The notes beneath the pieces are model-generated. The model was not told where the DNA came from. It did not search any database and worked only from the letters and a program-made list of their open reading frames with translations. From NCBI GenBank assembly GCA_951406725.2, contig OX597814.1, positions 82,584,001 to 82,648,000 on the forward strand: DNA of 64,000 nt, read 5' to 3'. Each line of letters begins with the position of its first letter. Within the stretch, counting starts at the first letter, position 1. The stretch comes from Octopus vulgaris. Taxonomy: Eukaryota. The position numbers were made by a program, and so were the translations under genes. Positions 13,554 to 27,177 of this stretch are shown here, piece by piece.

Positions 13554-15455
13554 TGTATAGCGGCTGTCGTTGGCTGTTTAAGTGCATGTTATTAAATGGA
13601 AAAACAGTATGAATCACCATAAGATATTTTTGTGTATAAATATATTGTTTATTTTGTGTTCACATTTTGTGGTGGAAGCATGTAGTATGATACAAAAACA
13701 TGTGTTTACATACAAAGAAAGTTTTGAATTTTGCTTTTGCACTCAAGGAAGTAGCATATAATATTTGTATTACAGTATATATGCATGTGTGTAATAAGAA
13801 CAGTCATTTTGAGAATGTGTGTGTGTGATAAAACATCTTCGTTTACGAACCATATATCTTGTGTCGAGGTGAATAGACATGTGACTCGCACGTGGAGCCA
13901 ACATCTGGCCTGGAAATGAAAGAAGTGTGCCATAAACAAGTTCTGCTGGGGAGTAACCGAGATCTTCCTTTATCGAGGCTCGACGGCCAAGAAGGACTAT
14001 TGGAAGACATTCACTCCAACGCTGTCAATCTGGTTAAGCACGCAAAGCAGCTTTCATTTGACGGTGGAATCGTTCCACCATACCGTTCAATTGAGGATGA
14101 TAACTGGTGGTTTGAATCCGACGTGAATCTATGGTCTTCGTGAGCTCATGAAGAGTTGCGATTCAAACTATTTTTCACAGTCGGTAGTGTTGGTGGTAGA
14201 AACTCCGTACCATGATTTCCATCCTTTGAGAAAAATTTGGCAACAAATTCTACAGTGATATCTACTAAAGGAATAGCTTTCGGCCAACGTGTGAAACGAT
14301 CAATGCAGGTGAGCAGGTAGGTATATCCCTGGTTGACTGGCCAAGGTCCAACAAGGTCGATGTGTACGTGGTTGAAACACACATCTGGTGTGTTGAATGT
14401 GCCAAGGGGTGCACAGATGTGCCTATACACCATTGATTTCTTACAGAAAAAGCAGGAGCGTGACCAAGCAGTGATATCTCGTCTCATATTTACCCAAAAG
14501 AATCTAACAGAAATGAGTTTCAGTGTGGCGATGACGCCAGAGTGTGACAGGTTATGCAGTGTGCTGAAGACTGTTTGTCTGTAGGTCTTCGGAACAAAAG
14601 GATGAGCAGAATTCGTGGAAGTATCGCACATAGCCTGTGCAGCATCTGTAGGTACTGGGAAGTACTTGAAGTTGCATGTGGCAAAGGCGGATGAGGATAT
14701 ATCAATTGTCTCTAATCGGAGTTGATCTTTAGCGAAGAGATGTAAGTCGATGTCTGTGGATGACCACAGCGAACTCTAAGGTAGGCGCCATAAGGCGACT
14801 GCTGCAGTGTTATCTACACTAGAGATATAGCAGATGTCGGTGGTAAATTGGGAAATAAAATCCAAGTGCCTGGTTTCCTGTGGAGAGTACTTGTCAGGCT
14901 TCGAGTGCAGGGTAAACGTGAAGGGACGGTGGTCCGTAAAAATCGTGAATTGGCGTCCCTCGAATGTGTGCCAGAAATGTTTGACTGCTAAATACATATC
15001 TAACAGCTGCCGTCCAAAAGTGCTGTAGCGTGTTTCAGCTTTTTTAAGCTGCCGAGAGAAGGCAAGAACCTGGAGTTGTTTCTGGTGAAATTTTTGTACC
15101 ACTGCGCCCCACCATTTTATAGGCCGTTCAAATGCGTGTTATTAAAAGGAAAAAAAACCCAGTTAGTATGAATCCACCATAAGATATTTTTGTGCATAAA
15201 TATATTGTTTATTTTGTGTTCACATTTTGTGGTGGAAGCATGTAGTATGATACAAAAACATGTCTGCTTACATAAAGGAAAGTTTTGATTTTAGCTTTTG
15301 CACTCTAAGAAGTAACATATAATATTTGTATTACAGTATGTATGCATGTGTGTAATGAGAACAGTCATTTTGAGAATGTGTGTGTGATAAAACATCTTCG
15401 TTTACGAACTATACATCTTGTGTCGAGGTGAATAGACATGTAAGTAGCACGTGGG
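13554..15455 (-). mobile_element. Internally deleted copy of the same Gypsy family: partial LTR, RNaseH/integrase, partial LTR
   Basis: 13898-15110 is an inverted homologue of ~4375-5553 (ORFs 14776-15102, 14146-14631). Direct repeats at 13554-13897 and 15118-15455 match the 3' part of the LTR; TGGTGG PBS start next to the 5' LTR. Confidence 0.9.
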
Positions 15456-15789
15456 AGATTGAACGCGGAGCTAAAGAGCCATGTTTTCTTTCCTTTTCCT
15501 TCGTCCTTTTGTTTATATTGTATGCTCTTGTTTTTCACTCTGATGACAATGTTTTGCCTTAATTCGAATGCCCTATGAAGATGAAGAATTTTATTCTCGC
15601 ATTTATGTATATACTGCATTCTGGCAATCTGATCAGAAATGGCTGTAAGATTTGTTATGTCAATCTTTGTATTAATAAATAAGCAATAAATGTGTTCCAA
15701 TCGATGTGTAGGTTAATTTATGGTTTTCTCCACTTTCTAATTATTTGCATTTGTTCGCGATAAACTCTTGTTTATCCTGTTGTTATTTG

Positions 15790-16627
15790 CACTCTACGTG
15801 TACGGTGTGCCTGCACACCATCGCCCGGGGATAATAAAGGTAACGGATACTGTTATGAATATTTTATCCCTTAGTCGGTTACTATAACCGCTAACTCAGT
15901 CTACTCCCCCTCCCGTTCTCAGACTTCATTCTTTTGGCTTTCTTTTCCTTCTACCTTACTGTCTCTCCCCCTCTCTCTCTCATTCTTCATTCTTTTTCTC
16001 TACAACCATTCCCTTTTTTTCTCTCCCTTTCTCTTACTCCTCCTCCTCCCTCCCGTCGTTGACCCGCGACAAGAACTCTGCTACTGTCTTTCTGTCCTGG
16101 TTGCCTTCAAGTAGAAATGGCACTTTCTGTTGCTCCTTCGCCATTCTCAAAAAATAGCGTTCGTAAAAATTTTTACCTCGTTCGGCTTAACAGCCCTTCT
16201 TGTTTGTGTTACTGTTATTCTCCTTGTCCTGTCTTTTACTGTTTATATTTTGTACTGTCGTTACTGTCCTATTTTTGTTACCATTTTTAACCCTCCGCAA
16301 AAAAATTTCAAATTTTATTTAATTTGATTTTCGCGGGAGGATTGTTTCATTAAAGTCATGTATCGCCTTGACCTTCGAAACGTGGAGTAGATGAAACAAA
16401 GGCGACTGAAGAAGGGGAATTTTCCTTGTTTTGTATGTCCTGTACTCTATTTTTTCGTTGTTTAAGAAAAATGTCCATTTCCTTGGTTTTGTGTTTATGT
16501 TTTCGTTTCTCATTGTGTTCGACGTTTTTTTTGGTGTCCTGTACCCATATATGCATGTATATATACATGTAGAGGTAGGTACGTACATATATGTATGTAT
16601 ATATGCATATGTTTTATTTATTTATTA

Positions 16628-16630
<3 letters not shown>
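15790..16630 (+). mobile_element. Penelope-like terminal repeat / non-autonomous element carrying a permuted hammerhead
   Basis: Pyrimidine-rich tract, ribozyme motif, then a tail (CATGTAGAGGTAGGTACGTACATATATG) shared in inverted form with 23710-23790; ends in (TA)n. Confidence 0.6.
16357..16417 (+). ncRNA. Predicted non-circularly permuted hammerhead ribozyme, copy A
   Basis: CATGT-A-TCGCC...CCTTC-GAAA-CGTG...GGCGA-CTGAAGA-AGGGG; stem I TCGCC/GGCGA, stem III CATGT/ACGTG. Confidence 0.7.
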
Positions 16631-16677
<47 letters not shown>

Positions 16678-16798
16678 AGTAATTGAATGAGTTATCTTAT
16701 TAAGGATATTCGAAAGAATTAGGAATATGCAGCCTTCGAAACATATGTCGAGAATAAAGGATATTTGTTAACTAGTCGTTCAACTCCATTCTTTCATA

Positions 16799-16854
<56 letters not shown>

Positions 16855-17038
16855 TAATCCAAACATGAAAACAAAGAGAAAACACAACAACGCGAGGACG
16901 TGGAACAAATATAGTATTATTGGACGCCCAGGAAGGAAGGGAAGAAGGAGGGTTTAACGTTTCGAGCGGAGCTCTTCGTCAGAAACATAGGAAAAGGAAA
17001 GATCCAGAGAAAGGAAGACGGAGGAAAAAATCGCCAAC

Positions 17039-17040
<2 letters not shown>
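16855..17040 (-). mobile_element. Short PLE-type terminal repeat between (TA)n tracts
   Basis: Similar in layout and sequence to 24878-25010 and to the 3' end of the Penelope at 59950-60135; contains a hammerhead. Confidence 0.65.
16952..16986 (-). ncRNA. Minimal type I hammerhead ribozyme
   Basis: GTTT-CTGACGA-A-GAGC-TCC-GCTC-GAAAC-GTT-AAAC: intact core, stems I and II, loopless palindromic stem III. Confidence 0.75.
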
Positions 17041-17103
<63 letters not shown>

Positions 17104-17148
17104 ATATATGTGTATGTATATATATATGTATGCATATATATATATATG

Positions 17149-17227
<79 letters not shown>

Positions 17228-17389
17228 GTATATTATATCTGTTTTAAAATCCCTGTCCCATGTGCTCCCTACTATTCTATTCTCTCACGTATTCTTGTCC
17301 AGTCGCCAAATGATGATTATGCGTTGCTAGTCTCGTTTCGATCCTTCATTCACTCATTCGCCATTAACACTTTAAATGTATTGTTTACT

Positions 17390-18838
17390 ATTTAAATGTA
17401 CTGTTTATTAACAGCTAATTTTCTCAGAAGCTAACTAATTAAATTAGGATAATTACTCGTCTCTTGGCCTGTTTAATTTCATATTCCTCGTTTCTTTAAT
17501 TTTATTTCTCACCCGCCATGAACACAATGAATGTATACTATACTAAACACCCCAGCTACGTACGTTAGATCCTCGTACCATTTCCCCGAATTGAACACAT
17601 TTGTTCGCCGTGCGCCCACCCTGTCCTGCCCGACCCCACCGATCTTTACCCCGATCTCTATCTCTGGCTTCTTACCACCTACACCGGATATCTCTCTCTC
17701 TTCCCACCACCATTACCTGATGTCTCTTCTCTCTATTGCTCCTCCTCACTGGGCTGTTCTCTATATATTACCTGCACTCTTCCTCCCCCCCCCGGGACAT
17801 ATGCAACAAACTCAGTTGCCCTTCGTTTCGTTTCGTTCTGTCAAATGATTTCTCACCACTATTACCAAATGTCTCTTCTCTCAATCCCCCTTCCTCTCTG
17901 GTGCTGTTCTCTGTACTACATGCACTTCCACTCTCACCCCGAAAAATGCACCTAGGTTAGCTGCCCACCTACTTAACCGACTAACCTTCGTTTCGTTTCG
18001 CCCCGTCTAGAAATATTCCAATAACTATCCAATAATTTTCCATGCACATATCAATTGAAGGAAACTGATAATGGGCTGTACTTGTGTGCTTGTTCACCTG
18101 TGTCTGTGTGCGTACGTGCTTGTGTGTATGTATGGGTGAACTTGTTTCCTCACTCTGCCTGAAATCACCCCACCTCTTACGATGACCATAATACTTATAC
18201 TCACAATGCTGCTAATACCAAAAACACCTAATCCTACCTCTAGTAGGGGCTACGATCTTAATCCTAACACTGTTGAATGTTTGAATGATGTCAGGTCAGA
18301 AGTGAGAACAGATAAAGCATGCTTAGAAAACGAACACGACAACCCCACCTCTTCTTTTCAGGCACTAAATAACATCACTCCTTCCCAAGCCTCACCCCAC
18401 ATTCCTTTCACAGTTTTCAGAGTTGGCACAGTCAATGTAGGCACTGAAAGGTAGGTCTAGTGAGATTGTAGAGATGCTAGAAAGGAGACGTGTCGATGTA
18501 TGCTGTGTACAAGAGGTAAGATGGAGAGGAGCTTCGGCTAGGGTCCTCACAGACAAGGCAAGGTAACACGGATGGAGTGGGGGCGGGGTAGGCATACTCT
18601 TTGCGGAGAAATGGGTAAAGTCATAGAGGTTGTCAGAGTATGTGATAGAGTGCTTAAGCTTAAGCTAGTCCTGCAGAACACCACAGCTATAATTATCTCT
18701 GCCTACACCCCACAAGCGGGCCTACCAAATGATGAAGGACCATTTTTATGATACCCTTCTACAGGCTACCTCAAAGACGAGCGACAATGACCTCATCTTT
18801 GTGGTTGGAGATTTTAATGGGCATGTTGTGCAGCAAGA
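17390..18838 (+). mobile_element. RTE-clade LINE 5' part with AP-endonuclease remnant
   Basis: FRVGTVNVGT, VDVCCVQEVRW, IISAYTPQAG and VVGDFNGHV motifs at 18410-18835. The upstream limit is uncertain. Confidence 0.85.
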
Positions 18839-20145
18839 TTGTTTTGAACCGGACTTCCTGACGGAGAAGAATTGGAGTGAGGTGGCAGACAGGGTTGAGG
18901 CTCTAGTCTGGACTTGGTCTGGACGGGCGCTGTCCCTGAAAGGAAGGGTGGAGGTCGTACAGGTCTTCATTGCATCTATTATCACCTACCGTCTGATCGT
19001 TGTCCCTTGTTCTGATTCGTGGCTGAGCAAGTTGGCACGACTCCACTTCCGCTTGTCGTGGAAGGGAGGAAAGCCGCTTGTGAGGTGCTCCGTTTGCTGC
19101 CAGGAACCACTATAGGGTGGGTTAGGGATGCCGTGGCTGATGATGTACAGACATGCACTGAGGCTAAGACATCTCTGGCTCTACCTGGATGGTGGCCAGG
19201 TGTGGAATTTGCTTGCAGAAGAATTCTTTCCACGACTGGCCTCCTTGAAGGAATTCACCCCCAATTTAATTAAAAGATGGACACGACTGGATGGCAAAAA
19301 AGTGCCGACAGGCACTTGCACTAATCCACAAGGTGGGCAAGGCCGGCAGCGGGAATACCACCTTAGTATTTTATAAAAGGATGGTAGAGATTAAGAGCAA
19401 CGACGCTCTAGGAGAGATTCTGGTGTTCGATGAGAACCAGCTAACCAACCTGTTTTATAGAACTTTCAGGGCGGGGATAATTACCAATGATCCCTGACCT
19501 GGTAGTGCTATAGGAATGCATTACCTGTTTGAGATAAATTGTCCAGACACAGCATTCCAGTGTCACCGACATGCCCAAGGTGTGGGCAGGATGAGGAAAC
19601 CGCCCTACACGCCCTTGTACAGTGTCCGGAGATTTCGGGTTTGATAATTTACGTCGAACACATGTCACATCTGGGAAGAGTACAGCTGTCAGCTGAGTCT
19701 GTGATAAAGACTGTACTGCCAACCGGACTTTCAAAGGAAGGTGAGGCATGTTTTCTCTGTACAGTTGCCGTTATGAAAGAGTGTACTTGGAGGACTAGAA
19801 TGAAAGGAGTCACGACAGGAACCTTTATCTCCGGCCCAGGATACCATCTGAGGAGCAAGATAGAGCTGGAGAGAAGGCATCTGTCGCGAGGCATATATGA
19901 GAAAAGAAGGAAGGATGTTGTGAGGAAGTTGGGAGGGACTATCCCTACTTAATCACATGGCAGAAGGGTACAGTCTCTAGCCTTCTGGACCACAGTCAGT
20001 GCTTTTTAAAATTTTTTTATCATATATATATATAAAATATTTTTAAACAGAATGTCATCAAATAAGCTCACCAAGCATCATTAAGTGTTTTGTAATGTTC
20101 TGTTTTGTTCTTTCTATGTTTCAAACGTTAATATTCTTAATAAAG
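18839..20145 (+). mobile_element. Tx1/L1-clade LINE, 3' part of ORF2 and 3' UTR
   Basis: KNWSEV..WSGRALSLKGRVEV; GGLGMP-like segment; zf-RVT-like CPRCGQDEETALHALVQC; ends at AATAAAGAA. Confidence 0.9.
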
Positions 20146-20167
20146 AATCATCTCTTAGGTATATCTC

Positions 20168-22255
20168 CTGTTGTCTGCTGCTTGTTTGTGAGTTCTCTCT
20201 GTTTTTATGTTGCTTTACTATTGCATTGTTTGTTGTACCTGTTGAAATTCGAACTGTTGGTAATTTGTGAACTGTTATTTTCGCCCTGCGGGACAGAAAA
20301 TTGTGAAATTTTTGATATTGTTGAAAACAATTGCTATTAGACCTTTTGTAATTTGAACTTTTACCCTTTGCAGGATAAAAATAGGGAATAATAATTTTTG
20401 ACAATAATTTTGGCAAAAATTAATTTTTGTCAAAAATATTTTTGTCAATTTGTATATTCCTTTTTAAGGAATATATTTTTCTGTAAAATTACATTATGGA
20501 ATTCAGCATAATGTCTAAGGAGAATTTTCCAGAAATGGAAAAAGTACCAAACAAAATAAATTGATAATGTAAAACAAGTGTTTAAGGAAAAAACCCCAGT
20601 TTTTTTGGCAGCTGTAGGTGGTAATAGGATAACGCTAGAGGTGACGATGGCTGAATTGTCTAAGTATAGAAATCTCATAAAAAAGAACGGAAATGGTACG
20701 AAGTTGCTCCTTCTGCAGGAAATTGTAGAAAATATAGCCGTGAGGACTATGGTATATAAAACGTATAACCTAAAGGAAAAATAAATTGTAACTTGTAAAA
20801 GTGAAATAATTGAAAGGTATCTGGCACCTATATGGAATAAAATTCTGTACGTTGGACGAGGTAAAAAGAATGCTATGGTAGAAGCACAGTTTACTAACGA
20901 GAGCATGGCTAAGGAGTTATCAACAAGAACATTAAAAAATTAGGAAATAATTTTACTAACAACATATTTGGGTAGAAGAATAGCAAAAATCACCCTAGAA
21001 GAAATACCAGTAGGATATGACGTAATTTGGATAGCAGCAGCCATGACCTATGATAAGGAGGGAAAAATGTCTATTTTACAGATGAAGAAAGTAGCCGAAA
21101 ATTGGAAGGGGCAGATCCTTGAGGTCATGGTTCAAGCCACCACAGAAGTATTGAAGGGCTACCCGATAAGATATTTATAGGGGAGGGGCATAGGCCACAC
21201 TGCTTTAAGTGTGGCAAAAGGACCACATCCGCTCCGGATGCAAGCCTAAAAATTGAGTGAAGCCTCTCCCCAAAAAGAACTGCTAGAGACAGGAGAAAAA
21301 GAGAAACAAGAACTGAAAAGACAGGAAAAGACGAGAAAAGACACAAGGAAAGACACAAGAAAAAAATGCAAGGAAAAATACAAGGAAAAACACAAGAAAG
21401 AACACAAGATAGAACTCAAAACACAGAGGAAAAAATGGAAGTTACCATGGTTGAATCCCAAAAGAGGAAAAGGCCCAAGCCCCAAACTCTCCTCCCCATA
21501 CAAAGAAAATAAATTAGCCAATTACAGACACATATAGAAAAACTCCCTTCACCACCCCTTTGTAAAAACCCATTACCAAACCCCACCCCAAGGCGCAAGA
21601 AAAAACTATGTCCTTTAATGAAAAAAACGAGGTACTATCAAAAGTGATTAGAGCTCATTACAAAGCTTGGGTTTATAAAGACGGTAAGGACATGTTGCCT
21701 CACAGCCGAATTGTGAGGATGGAGGTGAGATTATTCAATGAACTAAAAGGTCTTAAAAGATGTAAGTCAAGAAAAGGCTGGTGGAACCTTTATGGCCGGT
21801 CCAGCGGCTACACTGCAAAAGAAAAAGGATGGGGAGGAAGTTGAATTCTTACAGTCCTTCTCCAAACTTAAAATGTAAGTTTACTTTACTATGGAGATTA
21901 AGGTAGGATGTGTAAATGTGCATGGCTTGGGGTCGAAATGAAAACAAACTTTCTCCTGAACGACTTTAGGTCACTAGATATAGACGGTTGTATTATTTGG
22001 AAAAAATGGAAGGATGTGGCAAGGAAGTTGGGTATGAATGACCCTACTTAAACTCATCCGTGGTAGAAAAGTATGGTGTGGCCGTTGGGCTTCATGGCCA
22101 AGGATAAACTTGTGAAACTTCTAAATTTTAAAAATATAACATTCATCATCATATTTTTAAAAACCACTGTAAAAGAACTCATAAAACACACTATTTGTTT
22201 GTGACATCCTGTATCATCCCACCTATGTATGATACATAATTATCGTAATAAAGAA
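20168..22255 (+). mobile_element. Tx1-clade element: degenerate ORF1 plus ORF2 with near-total internal deletion
   Basis: ORF1 fragments with Zn-knuckle remnant (CFKCGKRTT ~21200). EN start VGCVNVHGLG (~21900) is joined to the ORF2 C-terminus WKDVARKLG, homologous to 19905-19952. Confidence 0.85.
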
Positions 22256-22489
22256 TCATCTCTTAGGTACATCTCATTGACAAGAGTCTACACACTTGAA
22301 ACATCGATATCTGAGATTCCAGAGATAGGGCAACACTGAATGAACGGGGTGTTTTCACACCTTTTTACCATAAGAGAGATTTTTCTCCATGGTAACTAGA
22401 GTGTATTTGCCTTTAGTAGTTGAGATATGTGACAAACATATTTCAACTAACCTAAATTGTAATTATACGTAAACACTGCTTAGTGTCAT

Positions 22490-22577
22490 TACTTCGATAT
22501 ATATATATATATATATATTGGCTTAAGTCTTTCTTTGTTTGATTTGCATAATAGTGGTTTTGTCTCTAATTTAATAT

Positions 22578-22640
<63 letters not shown>

Positions 22641-22645
22641 CATAC

Positions 22646-22683
<38 letters not shown>

Positions 22684-22899
22684 GTTTATATATACATATA
22701 TATACACACACACACACACACATATATATATATGTATATATCTATGATATATGTATGTATATATATATAAGTATATATGTATGTATATATATTTATATGC
22801 ATACATATACATATGTATGTGTATATATGTATGTATATATATATAAATATATGTATATATATATGTATGTATATATGTATATATATGTATATATGTATA

Positions 22900-22958
<59 letters not shown>

Positions 22959-22970
22959 ATATATATATAA
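22490..22970. repeat. (TA)n/(CA)n/(TATG)n compound microsatellite
   Basis: Direct inspection. Confidence 0.95.
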
Positions 22971-22979
22971 ATTCTTAAA

Positions 22980-23435
22980 TCCTTAAAAATGTTTCAGCCC
23001 GAAGGCTGCGGCCATGCTGGGGCACCACCATTGAATGAGCTACACTAGTATGTGAATACACCTCTGATACGTGGCACTTGGTCGACAAGGGAGTTCGATG
23101 CCGCTGCCTGCATCTGTGTCTCCTGCCGAAAGGTAGGTTTATCTGGGACCCCCGACAAGAAGAGATCCAGTTTAGCTGAGGACGAAAGTTTTCCAAAGGA
23201 CCATCAGTGTCTCCTCTCTTGTTCTGAAAGTTCGGAGAATCCATCCAGCTAGCTGTCTGCATTTTATCACCAAATTAGTAATATACACTTGGAACGAGGC
23301 ATCATTGCTCATGTCAATGCCCAGGTCATGCACTGATTTTGACTCAGGAATTAAAATTCTTCCCGGGCCGGTGTATCCAGTCTGCATATCGTTCACCTTT
23401 GTGTGCCGGTAGCGCAGGGCCTGGAACTTCCCTGC
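22980..23435 (-). mobile_element. CR1/Jockey-group LINE 3' fragment
   Basis: KFQALRY...[18 protein letters not shown]...[11 protein letters not shown]...LWKTFVLS, a typical post-RT thumb region. Confidence 0.75.
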
Positions 23436-23578
23436 ATATATATATATATATATATATGAATATATATATATATGTTTATGTATATATGTATATATATATG
23501 TGTATATATGTATATATATATGTGTGTATATATGTATATATATATGTATATATATATGTATAGATACATATATGTATA

Positions 23579-23627
<49 letters not shown>

Positions 23628-23657
23628 GCATATATATGTATGTATATATATATGTAT

Positions 23658-23693
<36 letters not shown>

Positions 23694-23709
23694 GTAAGTA
23701 TATGTATAT

Positions 23710-23805
23710 ATAATTTAATAAATAAAATATAGCATACATACATACATACATATATGTACGTACCTACATCTACATGTATATATGCATGCATATATATATA
23801 TATAC

Positions 23806-23850
<45 letters not shown>

Positions 23851-24310
23851 TACAGGATACCACAAATAGACGTAGAATTCAACGAGAAACGAAAACATAA
23901 AAGCAAACATGGAAACAGACTTTTTTAACAACGAAAAAACAGAGTACAAGACAAACAATACAAGGAATATTCCCCTTCATCAGCTGTCTCTGGTTCGACT
24001 CCATGCGTGTTTCGAAGGTAAGGACAGAACACAACCCGTCGAATAAGTCCTACCTGCAAAAGAATTAAATAAAATTCCTTTGCAGAGGGGTAAAAACAAG
24101 GAAAGAAAAAAAAATGTGACAAGAACAGGACGTAAAAGCAATACAAATAAAAATACAAATACAAAATAAAAATACAAATACAAAATAAAAATACAAGTAC
24201 AAAAAATACAGTACACATAAAGAATTAAAACAGGACAAAGAAACCAACATTGAGGGCCTTTTTTTAAACCTAGACGATGGAAAAATTCAGAGCGCAAGAA
24301 AAAAGTCATG
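23710..24310 (-). mobile_element. PLE-type repeat related to 15790-16630
   Basis: Inverted homology to 16370-16630, including the ribozyme motif and tail; interrupted by (TA)n. Confidence 0.65.
23972..24034 (-). ncRNA. Predicted non-circularly permuted hammerhead, copy B
   Basis: TGTGT-T-CTGTC...CCTTC-GAAA-CACG...GACAG-CTGATGA-AGGGG; stem I CTGTC/GACAG, stem III TGTGT/ACACG. Confidence 0.7.
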
Positions 24311-24320
24311 TTGACTTATA

Positions 24321-24324
<4 letters not shown>

Positions 24325-24401
<77 letters not shown>

Positions 24402-24412
24402 GTTTGTATATG

Positions 24413-24461
<49 letters not shown>

Positions 24462-24464
24462 GTA

Positions 24465-24540
<76 letters not shown>

Positions 24541-24812
24541 TATATATGTATGTATGTATCTATAAGTACATATATATATGTATATGTATGTATGTATATA
24601 TATGTACATATATATATGTATATGTATGTATGTATATATATGTACATATATATATGTATATGTATGTATATATATGTATATATTTGTGTATATATATATA
24701 TATGTATGTATTTATATGTATGTATATATATTTGTATATATACGTATTTGTGTATGTATATATATATATATATGCATGTATATACATATATGTACACATC
24801 TACATATGTGTG

Positions 24813-24851
<39 letters not shown>

Positions 24852-24877
24852 TTATGTATATATATATATATATATAT
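24325..24877. repeat. (TA)n-rich compound microsatellite
   Basis: Direct inspection. Confidence 0.95.
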
Positions 24878-25335
24878 AGGGAGAATTCACAAAGAAAACA
24901 AAAGATAAAGACAGATGGTGTAGACAACAAACACCTGTATTAGTTTAATGCTCGGGAAGTGAAAAAGTCTTTAACGTTTTGAGCCTACGCTCTTCCACAG
25001 AAAGGAACACAGAAAAAGAACAACCAGAGTAGGAAGAAATGACAATACGAAAAAGTACAAAAAAAGTTTAGAAAGTACTTTGAGAAAAGTTCAAAAGCTT
25101 CGAATGTCATGGTGTATTGGAGTGATTTCTGATCAACAGAGGAGTCCAGAGTAATCCATGGGCAGGAAAGCTGCAGCCGAAGTGTACAAGAGTAGAAAGT
25201 CCAGGTACAGAACCCAGGTAGAGAAGCGAGGTGTGGAAAGTGTAGAAAATCCAAGAACGTGGGCAATGAAAGGAGACACGTGAGCATGTAATATATGGGG
25301 AGAATTCACAAAGAAAACAAAGGACGAAGACACCT
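24878..25335 (-). mobile_element. Short PLE-derived element with partial terminal direct repeat and degenerate hammerhead (24969-25004)
   Basis: GGGAGAATTCACAAAGAAAACAAA at ~24879 and ~25298; CTTT-CTGTGGA-A-GAGC-GTAG-GCTC-AAAAC-GTT-AAAG; homologous to 60001-60125. Confidence 0.65.
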
Positions 25336-25567
25336 AGTAATTCCTGGGGGTAAAGATGTTCTATTGAAATGCCTTATTATTCTGATATAAGAAAGCAATT
25401 TCCAGGGGCCATATTATCGATTTTTTCAACAATCTAAGTATGTCACGAGATTTCCAGACATGAGTTCTACTCACGTGTCAAATTTCATCAAAATCAATAA
25501 AACGATGTAGGAAGAGTTAGCTAACAACGTCACAAACAAACGCACACCGTTTTTCCACATATGTAGT

Positions 25568-26255
<688 letters not shown>

Positions 26256-27177
26256 GGATTGATGGAGGAATGGATGGCTGTGTGTTTATGTTTACATTTG
26301 TTTGAATCCACTGTTTAAGTTGTGACCCTTTTAGCCCGTAACTTAGGTGTTCGATAACAAATTTCGACTGAATCATTATCAGTCTGATATAGTTCTGGCA
26401 GCCATATGATTGAATAAATCACATTGAAGGTGGTATATGACCTCAATCCAATGAAAGAAAGTAATAAAAAAATAAATGAGAATAATTACACAATGTGATC
26501 AGTCAATAAAAGAAATTAATATTAATTACATTGCAGGAACTGAATTATTATTACACTGTAGGTTCCCAGATAAATTAATTTTTAAAAACTATTCTGATTT
26601 ACAAACTAGATAAACATCTGATGACAAAATATTAATACAAAATATCAGAGAAACTTAACTCGTAGAATGACTTATAGATCGACAAATGTATCAGTGGAAA
26701 AACAATGCAACAACGGAAGAACAATATTTAGTAACATCAGATGGGACTTGTATAATTCAGAGAAGCATGGTAACAACTACAGAATTAGAAATAAGATACT
26801 TAGTGACACCAGATATGACGTTGAAACAGTGGATGCAACATGAATTGGTACAATGACCAGTAGAATGACCATGAAAAAAAAAATTGTACAGCAGAATAAC
26901 ATTTATAAATACCAGACAGGACAAGCAAAATGGCAATTTAGAGAGAAACAATTTTACAATTTATCAATAATCAAGCAATGATAAAGAACCAAGGAACTGT
27001 TACCAAGAAAATAACAATTTAGAGAAACTGGATACATGGAAAAGAATGAACCTGTTTGAATGTTTCTCTCTCTCTCTTCTGCTCTCCCTTCTTCCTCTCT
27101 ATCTCTCTCTCTATATATTGTATGTGTGTATGTATACACACACAGTCACACACACACATACACACACAGACATACAT

